The position numbers and the translations under genes are program-made. The notes below the pieces were generated by a model. That model had not been told where the DNA came from, made no database searches, and worked only from the letters and a program-made list of their open reading frames with translations. A stretch of 64,000 bases of DNA from Dimorphilus gyrociliatus (Eukaryota; Animalia; Annelida), in assembly GCA_904063045.1 (NCBI GenBank), contig CAJFCJ010000006.1, positions 248,001 through 312,000 of the forward strand. Direction: 5' to 3'. Shown here one piece after another: positions 27,321 to 40,148 of this stretch. Each line of letters begins with the position of its first letter. Position 1 is the stretch's first letter.

Positions 27321-30300
27321 AATTTCGTCATCTGTGCTTTAAATGCAGTACTTAAGACAAAAATACTCTAAAATGGGAAACATCACGTTTTAACCTTACT
27401 TTTTATACTATCTACTTTGACATACGTTGCTTTTGTAGGAATTACGTTATTGTTGTTGTTACTGTTGTTGTTTTATTTTTTTTTTGCAGTAAATGAGCCA
27501 ATGGAATGAATAAAGCTCCCGGTGTAGAACTTGTGAATACTATGTACTTAGTGAATTGATTGCTGTTGGACGTTTTTGTCTGCTGTAATTATGTATAAGT
27601 GTTTTTGGATACATATTTATATAAAGTATGTATTTAAAACTAACGCTTTGTTTGTATATTATATATTCTATATTTATATTTATTTATCTTTATGCGTAAA
27701 TTGCTTGTCGTAAAGTTTATACATATCTCGTTAGTTTGTCAAGCGAAACTGTACCTCGAGGCAAAAACTATTGCCCGTGTCTTCGACAGCCATAATGTTC
27801 GAAAATTCTCGTAAATAAAGCATTATTGTTTCGCGCTTTACATTTTTTGCTTCGTTTGCTAAGAAAAAGTCTTTACGATACAGTGATATAGTATAGATTT
27901 AATTGACAAAAAGCGAATTTCATTGTATATAGGAGAATGAAAGGTATGTATGACTCTTTGATAAAATACTCAAATTAATAAAGAAATTTATTATTGTATA
28001 TTGTATTATTAATATAATAATAGGTTTATTGTCTTTCTTATAGATATAACCACATTCTATTTAAGAGATGTGCGTAGTCAGAGAGAAACCTGGACAATAT
28101 AATAGTGTATCGTTTAACTGCAGCTAAATGTGTAAATAAAGCTATAAATCGTATATACAAGCATATATATATATATATACTTTCTTGTATACGTTTACTA
28201 AGTATAATATACAAACGGTATTTATAAAAACCACATAATCCTGTAGAAAATAGTACCTTCTTATAAATATAATAAATCCTTATAAAAAATAAATAAAGCA
28301 TAGAACTATACTGTATATACTGCGTACTTGTAGTTTTTTTTTGCAGTACGCTACAATTTATTTAGAAGAAAAAAGAGACAAGAAATTAATTTTCGTTTTA
28401 ATCAACCTGAAAAAGAGCAGAGAGAATAAGTTTAAGTTTTCAGCGTGAACAATTTTATATATTAATTTCTTTTTTATATCTATATTTCTCTGTTCTAGAC
28501 GTGCACTCGTTTTTTTTAACTTGTCACAAAAAAAGACTGGCAATTTGCATAATATTACTATGAAATATTGTGCTTTTACGTAGATTTTATGGATAATTTA
28601 TGGATTAAGTTATTTTTTTAGATATATTTTATTTAAACTACGTGATATGTTCATATTTCTATAGGAAATACTTATAGAGAAGAAGAGTATGAGAGAGAAA
28701 AAAGGGAGAGAGAAAATTCTGTTAATGCGACACTACGGGAAGCCTTCATCTCGAATTTCTTATGTAAAAAATACAAAGAATGTAAAGACAAGATAAAAAC
28801 AGTGTTTATGATCGATGGTTAAAGATATTCTTCCTTTTATAAAAAGTGAACATTCGAAATGCTTTGTTATGCGTTATTGAATATAAAAAAAATTTATCTT
28901 TGAGTTTTCATAAAAAGTTTGTAATAAAGATGGAAAGAAAGAATGAGAGGAGAGAGCAATAGCGGGAGCGAAAGAGCGAGAGAGAAATAGATAGATAGCT
29001 TAAGAGTGAGAGAGAGAGAGAGAGAGAAAGGGGAAAATTTTCTTTTCAGCTAGACATAAAATGGAACTATACAAATAGCCGTTAGTATAATTTTGTTAGC
29101 TTATCTTTCTGCTTGATTAGTGTTCACTTCCTCCTACTTTTTTTAAAGTGACAGCATTTTTACTTTGTTAGTTACATTTGTCTTTTTTTTTTTTTTTCCA
29201 AGTTTTATTCCTTTGTTCTCCTCCTATTATTCATATGATTTTAGACTTTTTAGAAGGTTATTTTTATTTGATTTAAAAGTTAATTATATTAAATTATACA
29301 ATCATAAGTAAAAGATAAAGTTTCACATCTATTGCTTGAAGAGAAGGCGAGAGATTTTTTTGTTATTATTACAGTATAATATTGTACGGTACCGTGCTGT
29401 TATATACTCCTTCAAGTTACCCTACATTCTCATAGTTTTTAATGGTATCTTCACCAAGATATCTTTGTATTGAGTAGAATATTTATGATGCACGAAATAG
29501 TACTTGTATAGACCTCTTGTGGAACTTCCATATATGGGAAGTGTGAAGTTTTTTATTTTTTAGCAGTCATTAATATAATATATTTATACATGTGCAGTAT
29601 ATGCAGACACGGTGTACGTATGTAGTACAAGTATATAGTTTATTTTCGCCAGATCTATTGCGTCGATTTCCCTCTTTATAGTCTAAAGCTCATTTTACAC
29701 AGTGATGAATAGCTTGGCGTAACTTTTTCCTGCTATATTTATTAAGTGTACCCATCTACTGACTTTTTCCTGGATATATTTGCCAATTAAATGTCCAAAC
29801 GAATGCTTTATCGATGCTCTATTTACCCTATTAGCTGCGTTATTTGATTATATTTACGGACAATTTTTTACTCTATAATCATTTACAAAACTAGATGTCG
29901 TGTTTAGCACGCCATTGGATAGTGACGCCATCTATGAATTCTCCGAAAGAATAATTAAATAAATAGTTTATAGAGAAAAGTCTCCTATAGGGTTTTTATG
30001 GAATTCAATGAACTTTCCTTAAATTAAATTTAACGAGATAGAGCGGGTGCAATAGATATAAAGATAGATAGATAGATAGGTAGGTAGCTGGCTAGACAGA
30101 TAGAGAAAGCGAGACGATGAAAAAGAAGATAGACTGGATAGTGAGAAAAAAGGAAAAATAAAAGAAAAATTCTATTTAGAAGTGCTTGTACTTATCAATA
30201 TAAGCTTTATATAATTTTTGTGTAAGAAGATCATATTCTAATTAAATCTTTGAGCTTTGAATAATCTTGTAATTTAACTATAAAATTTTAATATTTTCGC

Positions 30301-30678
30301 CTTAAATGGAAATTTTTCGATTTAGAGAAGGCAAAAAAGGGGTGAAGAATCTCTAGAATCTATTAATATTTATATATTTACCAAACTATCTATCCATCTA
30401 TAAATATAAATATCTATTTTTCCTAGTAGCTATGTATACAAAAAAATTAGTGCTAAATAAAATATATACCATGTTCTTTTTTATATAAATATACACGCAG
30501 TTTGTACGCAGCTAATAAAAATAGTAGGTGATTATTTATAAATTTCGCAACTGTGGATTCTGTTGAGTATCTGATTTGGCCTTTTTCCAGATTTTTACAA
30601 AATTGTTACCTTATTGTTAAAGGAAGGAGCTATTAAAGAAAAAAGAAGAAGCTAACTGGAATGAATCTTTATTCATTT

Positions 30679-30710
<32 letters not shown>

Positions 30711-31399
30711 CTTATCTATTGAATCATAAGTTTATATTTAAGAAGAACTATTTATATAAGAATGTGTAATATAATTACTATTCCACAATTATATGTTTAT
30801 ATTAAGTGTTAATATTGTTTGTAATTCATTGTAAGTCTAACACGAGGCATAAATGTTATATATACTACCAACTTTCGAAATTATTCCTCTTGATATTTGT
30901 TTAGCTCAGCAAATATGCCTTGCTTTCTTAGTAATACTCATATCCCGTATATATAGTTTATATTTATCTCCATGACAACTAAAGACATGAAACAAGTAGA
31001 AGTCAATAAAATGTTTTCTTCTCTTACGAAATTTATTAAGTAAAAGTTAAAAGTATTTGAGACTGTAAAAAGGGAAAGAATCAAAGAATCCTACCTAATT
31101 GAATACCTATTCGAAAACTATCTATTTTCTCTTTGCTTTTCTCTCTCTTCCCCTCTTACTCCTCCCTTTACTTATCTTTTCTCCTCCTTTCTGGTCTTAT
31201 CAAGTAAAAAGGTACTTTTACTTTTTGAATTTCCGTACTATAAATAGATTAAAGTGTACCTAATAAACCTTCTTATCATTTCCAGTAATTTCCCAAGGAG
31301 ATATCGAATGTAAATAAAAATGTGGGTGAAAAACAGCTTCAAAACGGTAGAAAGAAGAATAACGATATCTAACTTTGAAGGCTTATACATCTTAAGTCA

Positions 31400-32550
31400 A
31401 TAAAGGAAAAAGATATGATTATAGAAAATTGATAAGAAAATACAGAGTTTTTGTATACTTTAATTAGTAAATGTCGCTTATATAATTAAATAAAAGTGTG
31501 TAGAGAAGTTGAAGAATGATGTCACCATCTTTAGAAAAAAGTTCGATAAAGGTCTCCTTAAGAGTTTTCTTACGTCTAATTTGCATAATGATTTTATACA
31601 TTTTTTTTTACTCTATCACAAGCCTTAAAAAAATGCTATTTGCATAGATAATAATTTTACTGATAATGATGTAGACAGTTATATATAAAATATCTGAAAT
31701 CGATAATTTTATTAGAAGTACTAATTGGAAACACGTTGGAGAAAGAGAGTAGGCGAAAGAGGAAAATTATCAAACGAAAGATAGAAAATAAGAGAAAGCA
31801 GAGTAACTATACGGAAAGCTGTAAACCCTTTCTAATAGAATCTTGGTCATTCTATCAACTGAACAAGAATATTTAAATAAGCAAATAATAGAAATAGTTT
31901 GAAGAGGAAAAAAGGGAAAGCAAAGATAGAAAAGACTTCATCTTACTTTAATACAAAGAAAAGAAAGGAGAAGAAAAGCTTTCTTCAATCAATCAAAGAA
32001 TAAGAAACCAAATTAAATCAAAAAAATTAAAATTAATCATCAAACATGACCAAATTTTTTCTATATTTCTACATTTTCTTAACAGTTGTAACTCTTATTT
32101 CACCATTTAGTAAGTTTTTTTTATTTTTTCTTTTTTCATTTTTATCATTTTTATTCCCTATTCTTTCTTTCTCTCTCTCTCTCTCCCACCTCTCTTCCTC
32201 TCCCCTCCTCCCCCCCCCCCCGCTACATCATCTCTCTTTCTCTCTCTCCCATGTCTTTTCCACATATTGATCTTTTTTTTTCATTATTTCTTTCTTTTTC
32301 ATCTCCAATTCTCCTTTTGAACTTTAATATTTTTTGTTTTTTTCTTAGTTTTTTTTACATACTTCCTTTAGAGATATAAGCTTCTATTATGAATAATTAG
32401 AATTTCTTACTGCGTAATATTCAGTATTTGTCAATTAAACTTTGTCTGAAAGTAAATAGAAAATTAGGTGCAAGAGGAGAATAATCTCGTTAAATTCATT
32501 CATAAGTGCGTACAATTTATCGAATGTTGTCTAGTGATTTATTTAAGGTA
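31400..32550 (+). repeat. Segmental duplication copy 1 (promoter, 5'UTR, signal exon and part of intron 1 of peptide gene A)
   Basis: Collinear similarity to 37550-38680, including a 59-bp identical block (31674-31732 = 37821-37879). Confidence 0.9.
31579..31690 (+). promoter_or_regulatory. Peptide gene A promoter: two octamer motifs ATTTGCAT (31579, 31638) and TATA box (31680-31690)
   Basis: Motifs read directly; positions conserved in the paralogous promoter. Confidence 0.6.
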
Positions 32551-32561
32551 GATTAGAGATA

Positions 32562-32605
<44 letters not shown>

Positions 32606-33453
32606 AATGCCAATATATGCTCTTGCTGGACAAACATTGCCAATGAATAATAGATAAGAATCGAATAGATTACTATTTTAAAACTTATACATATATATAT
32701 ATATATATATATGTATAACTAGTTAAACTCGAAAGAGAAAAGAGATTAACTTCTGTGTTTTTTTTCCCCTCAGTTCTCCAGGCGAAAAATGAGTCGTTAT
32801 CACAAACGGTAAGGTTCCTTTTTGATTTATATTTTACCTTCTCGTAATAAAGTTATTATATTAAGTAAGATTAATAGGCTATTAGCGGAAAAAATTTCTT
32901 TAATCATAAACATTCAAGTGTTTCTAATGAACGAATCAGCTACAAAATGTAGATCAATATTTTCTTATCTCTTTTCCAGTACAAGAAAAGAACATATTGT
33001 AATTTCTGCGTATTTTTTCTATTTTATTAATAGAGTGTCTAAAAAATATCCAGGTACAGGCTGTTATCTGTACTACATGTGAACAATTATTTGTTTATTG
33101 TAGCAATCATGCCCTGGAACTGGTGACTGCGATTCGCAATCAAAATGCTGCGACGATGATGTAGGAGGTGGATGCTGTCCCAAAGATTATGGTTTGTGTT
33201 GTCAAGATGGAGTAAATTGTTGTCCTAGTGCCTCTCCTATCTGCTGCCAAGGACTCGACAATAACCATTTTTGTTGTGATGACAACTCTTTTTGTTGCTT
33301 GGGAATGTGTTGTTTATCAGAAGGACAGGTAAAACAATTTGAACAGCGTTTTCAATATTTAAATGATCTATGAGAAATTAATCTAATTTTTGCATGATAA
33401 ATCAGAAAACCATTCCCGTGCTGGCAAAGAATAGATTACCGTTTTTAAATTGA
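32046..33453 (+). CDS. Secreted 18-Cys extended granulin-like peptide A (exons 32046-32109, 32774-32808, 33104-33328, 33406-33453; intron 3 read-through stop at 33373)
   Basis: Phases 1/0/0 match. MTKFFLYFYIFLTVVTLISPF-ILQAKNESLSQT-QSCPGTGDCDSQSKCCDDDVGGGCCPKDYGLCCQDGVNCCPSASPICCQGLDNNHFCCDDNSFCCLGMCCLSEGQ-KTIPVLAKNRLPFLN. Exon 1 and 2 lengths identical to paralog B. Confidence 0.85.
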
Positions 33454-35284
33454 TGAGGCTTGGTGGAGAGAGGAGCGAGATTGTTGAAAAAACATGAAGA
33501 AAGAAAAAAGAAGAAAAAAAAACTCTTTCTCTCTTTCAATTCGATTCTCTCAGTCAAAATTAATTATTTTTATCTCTGTTATAGAAAATTAGCTTTTCTT
33601 GATATCTAGCCTTTCTCAAACATGATTTAATTCAATACAGTAGGATTTCCAAGTAGTCTAACTATAAATCTTATCCTATTCAATTTCCTTTTGTCTCTTT
33701 TCCACCATCTCTGACTAATTCCCACTGATCATTAAATTGTCAGCTAATTCACATGTAAATTTGAGAGAATATTTTCTCAACGTTGATTGATTTATAAATC
33801 TTTTGTTCATTTGTATAACTCTGTTTTAAGGGAAGAAGAAAATCAACTATCTTTTGATTAAATACATTTTATTATAAACACAAACATTCGAATAATTACT
33901 GAAATTTATATTTATATATCTATTGTTACCGCACAAGAAAGACTTTCACATTATCTCATTTTTCTCTTTCATATACGATATTATTATTACGCAATTGTAA
34001 GAATAACTGTATCAAAATTAAAGCAAACAAACATTCAATAAACATTTATAAATTGTTTTGCCTCTCAACCTATATCACTTTTGTGTGATTGTAATATCGT
34101 CCTTGCAATTTCTTTGAAAGTTGACCGAATTGTCCTTGAAAATAAAACAAACTGTTTCAAAGCGTTATTAATTTCTCATCGTATTAAATAAACTGTTTAT
34201 TTATCTTCTTACTCGTAAATAATACTACTTTCACTCGAGTTATTTTGTTTTTATCACTTAAAAAATAATAAACAAATATGATAAATTAAGAATGGAAAAA
34301 TACCCTTAAAGCAACTATAATCTATAATTTATAAAAGTTTAAAACAATTGGCCTAATATAAAGAGAAAATTAGTAAAACAATCAATTATAAAAAAAGACT
34401 GATAATGAATGAAAAATGCATAACAAACATTTCTTGTTTAAATAAGTGATAACCAAGAAACAGAAACCACTACTATCTATTCTCCTTAAAGTATACACAA
34501 TACCGGATAGCATTGAACTATAAAAGAGGCCATACAGCGTTCGATAGTTATCAAGGTGAAACACGTTATTCTTAATGGTCCGAGGTTACGTATTCTTTCG
34601 AATAGCTGATATGCGTAATATCTGATAATTATGTGTACACAATAAACAATTTTCCTTTGTGTTTATTTTAGATAATACACTCAAGATTTAAATATTTTGA
34701 CTGGAAGCAACTACGGAAGCTTAATAAACTAGGCTTTGCTATCAATTATTTAGCAATTAAATTTAAAAGGTCATCTTTCGTTTTAATCTGGGTTAACAGG
34801 AATTTCTTTTACCCTGATAAAATTAAACCTCAATTAAAGATGCTACTTAATCTACTCAAGGAATTAGGTAATATAGAAGTGGTACGCTAACGTTCGTAAC
34901 GAGTTCATAATTTGGTTAAAGAAACAATTGAGAATAATTGAGTATGACGATGCTCACATCGTGTGAGGTCCGCTGATATCTTCCTGATATCTCTGATAAA
35001 TCGCCTGAGTAAAAGGAAAAAATAGCATCGAACGATATGATATACCACATACCACGATTAACTGAATTTAGAAAATCAAAAAGAAGCATTATAATCGAGA
35101 TATGAAAAAAAAAACTTTAATTTCTACGAGTACGGTAGGCTAAAGAATGTTAACAATTTCCCCCTTTTTTTTCTCTCTCACTATTTGATGGCAATTTTTT
35201 AGAACTTTGAGAGAGTTTGTAAAGCAATACGAAAGAAAGCAACGAAATTTAACAGTAAAAAGTGATAATATTTAGAAAAGTTGC

Positions 35285-35360
35285 AAATAGAAAGAGAAAG
35301 AAAGAAAGAAAGAAAGAAACTGGTAGGCAGGCAGGCATGCAAGCAGATAGACAGACAGAC
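35285..35360. repeat. Compound tetranucleotide microsatellite (GAAA)n-(GGCA)n-(GACA)n
   Basis: Read directly. Confidence 0.85.
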
Positions 35361-37549
35361 AGCAAACATATAGAGAGGGGGAAAAGAGGAAAAGAGAGAC
35401 CGACAGAGAAACATATAGAAGGAAGGAGAAAAATTTACAAAAGATATCTAAAAAGAGTAAGTAACACACCTGATGTATAAAGTATACAGTATATGGGTTG
35501 CGTGCACATAAAAAAACCTTCTGTAGTTTTCTTATCAGACACTGAACCAATTTCCAAACTTGTAGAATTTCAATCAAATTTTGTTAAAAGTAGAAGAGAG
35601 AGAAAGACAAAAGTAGTTTAGACGTAATTCCTTCATTTAAAATATTTCTTTAATTATAAATTAAATACTTTTACATATGAAAATAAAGATGAAAAATTAA
35701 AAATAGGTTAAATATTTCAATATTTAATTAAGCTAATAGTAAATTTTTATAAAATACATTACATGTAATTAATAACATACGTTAAGACCAATATAAAATT
35801 GAACAAGTATTCTCAGATTACATACTTTTTAATATATAAAGAAATTTTTTGAAATTAAAAATATATTCATATTTCTATTTAATAAATCTTTATTGATCTT
35901 CTCTCTCTCTCTCTTTCTTTCTTTTTTTCTCTACTTTTACACTTGCACTATAATTAAATAATAGAATACTTTTTTCAAGTCCTTTTTAGGAACTGATTAA
36001 GATTTTCGATTTTTCTTTTTAAAAAAAATAGGAAAGTCGTTAAAAAAGAAAAAGAATTCAGCTAAGAAATGATGAAAACATGCAGATATTCAACTTTTTA
36101 GGTTATCGAATTTAAATATTTAAATTACTAAAACTTAAATGTTTTTAAAAGTACACACAGATCAATTAGCTTTTATGATAAAATAATTCGACCTAGACAG
36201 GTATGCATCAAGGACATAACACTCAGAAATTTTTGAGTAATATATTACAGAAGAGGGAACTGTATTGATGGAGTTGGGAGGAGTGGGAGGAGTGAGGGGG
36301 GGGGGGGCAAGGGGATAGTATTAAAGGGGGTGCTGACATCTTTTGATAATTTGTAACATAAACATATAAATAAACCCGATCAATTGATGTTCTATACTCT
36401 TCTATAAACGGTGTGCTAAATGTTTATGTAAATTGCGTGTGTGTAATTATAAGCATCTAACCTCTATCTGACAGTATAAAAGAAATTATTAAAATTAGAA
36501 TTTTTCAATTAATTATATAAAAATTAAAATTTTCCATACTATATATTTTCATAATGGAAGAAAGATAATACAATATCTTCTTTTTACAAATAGTTTGTAT
36601 ATCAATTATACAATTGATAAATTAAATATGTACTCTTTTTTTATCCTTGAAAATCAAGAAGTGCTTTAGAATATTTTGGGAATAGGCTGTCAATATATAC
36701 AGATATATTAATATATATATATATATATATTACATTGTAGCTTGATAGCTCATTCATGCATTCATTTATCATGAGGAAAGAAAGCTTATGCTTTTATCTC
36801 TTTTTCTTATTTCTCCAAAGAAAACATGTTAATGATACTTGTAAAATAAGAAGCAAAAGAACTGGGTGGCGTGGGCGAGAGTTTAAAAGAAAAAATAGAG
36901 AGAGAGAAAAGGAGAAATGGAGGAGAGAACTTGATAAATAGAATATCTTTTTTTTATCTTTATACTTATTTTCTAAAAATATAAGAGTTAAATTTATCAT
37001 ATAGGCGTTACTTGAATATAAAAAGCTATTTCTAGATTAATATATTCATAGAAGTGCTCGTTTTAACTTTACAAATGATTAAATCTTAATATAGTAATAA
37101 TAAAAACATTATATAAAAGGAAAGATTCTTCTGCAATATCATTCATTAAATGAGAAACTTCATAAGAAACTCGAACTGATCATCAATCATTCAAACATAA
37201 TAGTATATCAATTATAAACATTTATACAAAAATCAATGTAAAGCTTCTGAATATAATTAGTTTCCGGATACTCTTACCTGTTCTTAAACAGGCCATCATT
37301 TGTAATGCATATATGAAGGATAAGTTACCCTCACCTAAAAATATCTCAATAATATATAAATACTGCGCTAATGAATAAGAAACATTCCCAAATCAGAAAA
37401 ATTTATTCATAAATTCATTTCCGATTTATTTGGGTTAATAAAAGGTTAAACAAGTAACACAATATACAAGGGATGCGCATGATAAAAAAAAGTGACGTAA
37501 GCTTATCTAATTCACCAGGTTCTTTTTCACCTAAACCTTGAGAAAAATA

Positions 37550-38340
37550 AAAGATATATTTGGACTAAAATTGATAAGAGCGACAGTATTTTTTTGTTTG
37601 ATTTAATTAGCAAATGTCTCTTATATAATTAAATAAAAATTTGCGCTAGCAATTGAGGAATGATGTCAATATTTCCAAAAAAAAATAAGTCCTATAAAAA
37701 GTCTTCTTAAGAGTTTCTTTACCGTCTAAATTTGCATAATAAGATTATTCTTCTTTTTTTTGTTCTATCAAAAGCCTACAAAATATACTTTGCATAGATA
37801 ATTCTACTGATAATTACTTGGACAGTTATATATAAAATATCTGAAATCGATAATTTTATTAGAAGTACTAATTGGAAACTCGTCGAGGAAAGAGAGTAAG
37901 AGAAAGGGGAAAAAGGAAGAATTAATGAACGAAAGAGCAAAATAAAGTAGAGAATAGGGAAGAAGAGTAACTACATAAGAAAGTTATAAACCCTTTCTAA
38001 TAAAATCTTGATTCTTCTATCGACTTAACAAGAATATTTAAATAAGTAAATAATAGAAATAGTTTGGAAGAAGAAAAAAGAAAGCAAAGATAGAAAAGAC
38101 TTCAATTAACTTTAGGAGAAAAGAAAGCAAAAGAGAAGAAAAGCTTTTTTCAATCAATCAATCAATCAATCAATCAATGAAAGAATAAGGAAAAGAATTA
38201 AATAAAAAAAAATTAAAATTAATCATCAACATGACTAAATTATTTCTTTATTTCTACATTTTCTTTACAGTTTTAAATCTTATTTCAACATTTAGTAAGT
38301 TTTATTTTTTTTTACCATTTCTATTTTCGTTTCTCTCTCT

Positions 38341-38375
<35 letters not shown>

Positions 38376-38680
38376 CTGTGTCTTTTCCATTTATATATTG
38401 ATCTAATTTTATCATTATTTTTTTTCCATCTCTTTTCTTCCTTTCAAATTTTCTTTTTTGTTCTTTTTTGTGTGTTTTAGTATTCGCTAAATTCCTTCTT
38501 CAAGTGGCTTTTTTTACTATGTTTCTATTTATAGACAATTAGAATTTTTAACTGCGTAATAATCTAATCAATTTTTTTGTTTATGATAAATTGAATGGAA
38601 AATTGAGAGCAAAGAATTGAATAAAGATCCAATTCATTAATAAAACTACAGTTTTTATCGATGTAATAAGTGATTTGACC
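37550..38680 (+). repeat. Segmental duplication copy 2 (promoter, 5'UTR, signal exon and part of intron 1 of peptide gene B)
   Basis: Collinear with 31400-32550. Confidence 0.9.
37730..37837 (+). promoter_or_regulatory. Peptide gene B promoter: octamer ATTTGCAT (37730), variant CTTTGCAT (37788), TATA box (~37827-37837)
   Basis: Homologous positions to the gene A promoter. Confidence 0.6.
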
Positions 38681-40148
38681 ACAGGCCATATAGACAATGA
38701 TTATCTATAAATAAAAAAGTTGACATAGAAGCAAAGAGAGGAAAAGAGAGAGGGAGGGAAGGGGGTGAGGGGGACGAAGAAAAGAAAAAGAGCAAGATTT
38801 ACTGTATATATATGTACATACATGGAAAAAAACGGAAAAAAACCCAGAATTTTCTCCTTAATAAATATTCAAATACGACTAATAAATGTTATTCTTTAAT
38901 AACATTTATTCAATGTTTATTTAATGTGAATTAAATATTTGCTTGTGAAAACAAAATATAATAATATGATATTTCTACAGAAACATCTGAAATCCTTGAA
39001 AAGGCCACTGGAAAAGTAAGTATTAATATATTGCTAACTACTTTTTATACTTGTACGAATTAGCTTCATTTCAATTTAAAAGTGAAATTAGCAATTTTAT
39101 ACTTGAAAAGAGAGAAATGAACGAATATTGTAGCAAAGCCAATTTCATATCATGTAATATGCTACTAAACTCTCTATCGCTGTTCTTATTCCAAATTTAT
39201 ATAAATTACCTTTATTTATTTATATATTTTGATAAGTTATAGTAATATATCAAGTATGTAATTAATAAATTTCTATCTTTCGCATGAATTCACTATTGTT
39301 TATTGTTTTTTATGCATGATAGAGATGAAAAATTTTTAATATACGGAGCTACCATGCAAAAATAGTCAGTAGCCTTGAGGAATTTGACCTTAAAAACATT
39401 TTTAGAAATAAAATTCAATATAGATTTGTCCATATTTATCAATTTCAGAATATATTTAACATTATTTTTTATTCCTCCTCCACCACCTCCTCCTCCTGCT
39501 GTTTCAGTAGCATAGTTATACAGTATAGATATATTGTATGTATACAATTTTACAAGATATCAATAGTCGTATTGCTATCTTTTCAAGTTGATTATTTGAT
39601 ATGTAAAATTATAAAATTACTCTTTTTTTTTGTTTTGCGGTTTTTATTTATATGGAAAAAGATACAAAACTGTTATCACCGTACTTTGAAACAATTACTT
39701 CCTTTCCCATAATCTATTATGACATATTTTTTTCTAATATCATATCTTTTTATAGACGGAATGCGAAGGTGGGATTGGAACTTGCGGTATTCAACTATTT
39801 TGCTGCGATAGAGAATCTGGAGGCGGTTGCTGTCCAAAGGATTACAGCATGTGCTGTCGTCAGACTAGAAGTTGTTGTCCTGGTTCAGCGCCTATATGCT
39901 GTACTAGTATCCTAAATGGTAACTATTGCTGCAACGACGAAGCATATTGCTGTTTAGGCGGATGCTGTTTTGAAGGAAACAAAGTAAACAAAAATACATT
40001 TAAAACCTGGAATAAACTATTCCAACTGCATTACAAACTAATGCATTTTTTTTTTAATAGTATAAATCAGAAATCATTAAAGCAGTTCTCAGACGAGGTT
40101 ATACAAACAACGATAACGATAAAAGTTAAACCTTTCCAGCTTCTTTAA
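38231..40148 (+). CDS. Secreted 18-Cys extended granulin-like peptide B (exons 38231-38294, 38981-39015, 39756-39983, 40071-40148)
   Basis: MTKLFLYFYIFFTVLNLISTF-KTSEILEKATGK-TECEGGIGTCGIQLFCCDRESGGGCCPKDYSMCCRQTRSCCPGSAPICCTSILNGNYCCNDEAYCCLGGCCFEGNK-KSLKQFSDE...; same exon phases and Cys spacing as A. Confidence 0.85.

Noticed and set aside
29700-29860. Minus-strand frame HLIGKYIQEKVSRWVHLINIAGKSY, faintly like a retroviral integrase core
   Set aside because: Under 50 codons, no DDE residues, no LTR or other pol motifs nearby.
32822-33082. ORF-track 86-aa ORF and a possible mini-exon at ~33032-33052 in peptide gene A
   Set aside because: Lies in intron 2; including the mini-exon shifts the Cys exon out of frame, and paralog B has no equivalent.
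35199-37000. Several 60-100 aa ORFs on both strands
   Set aside because: Translations of GA/GAAA/GACA microsatellites and low-complexity DNA.
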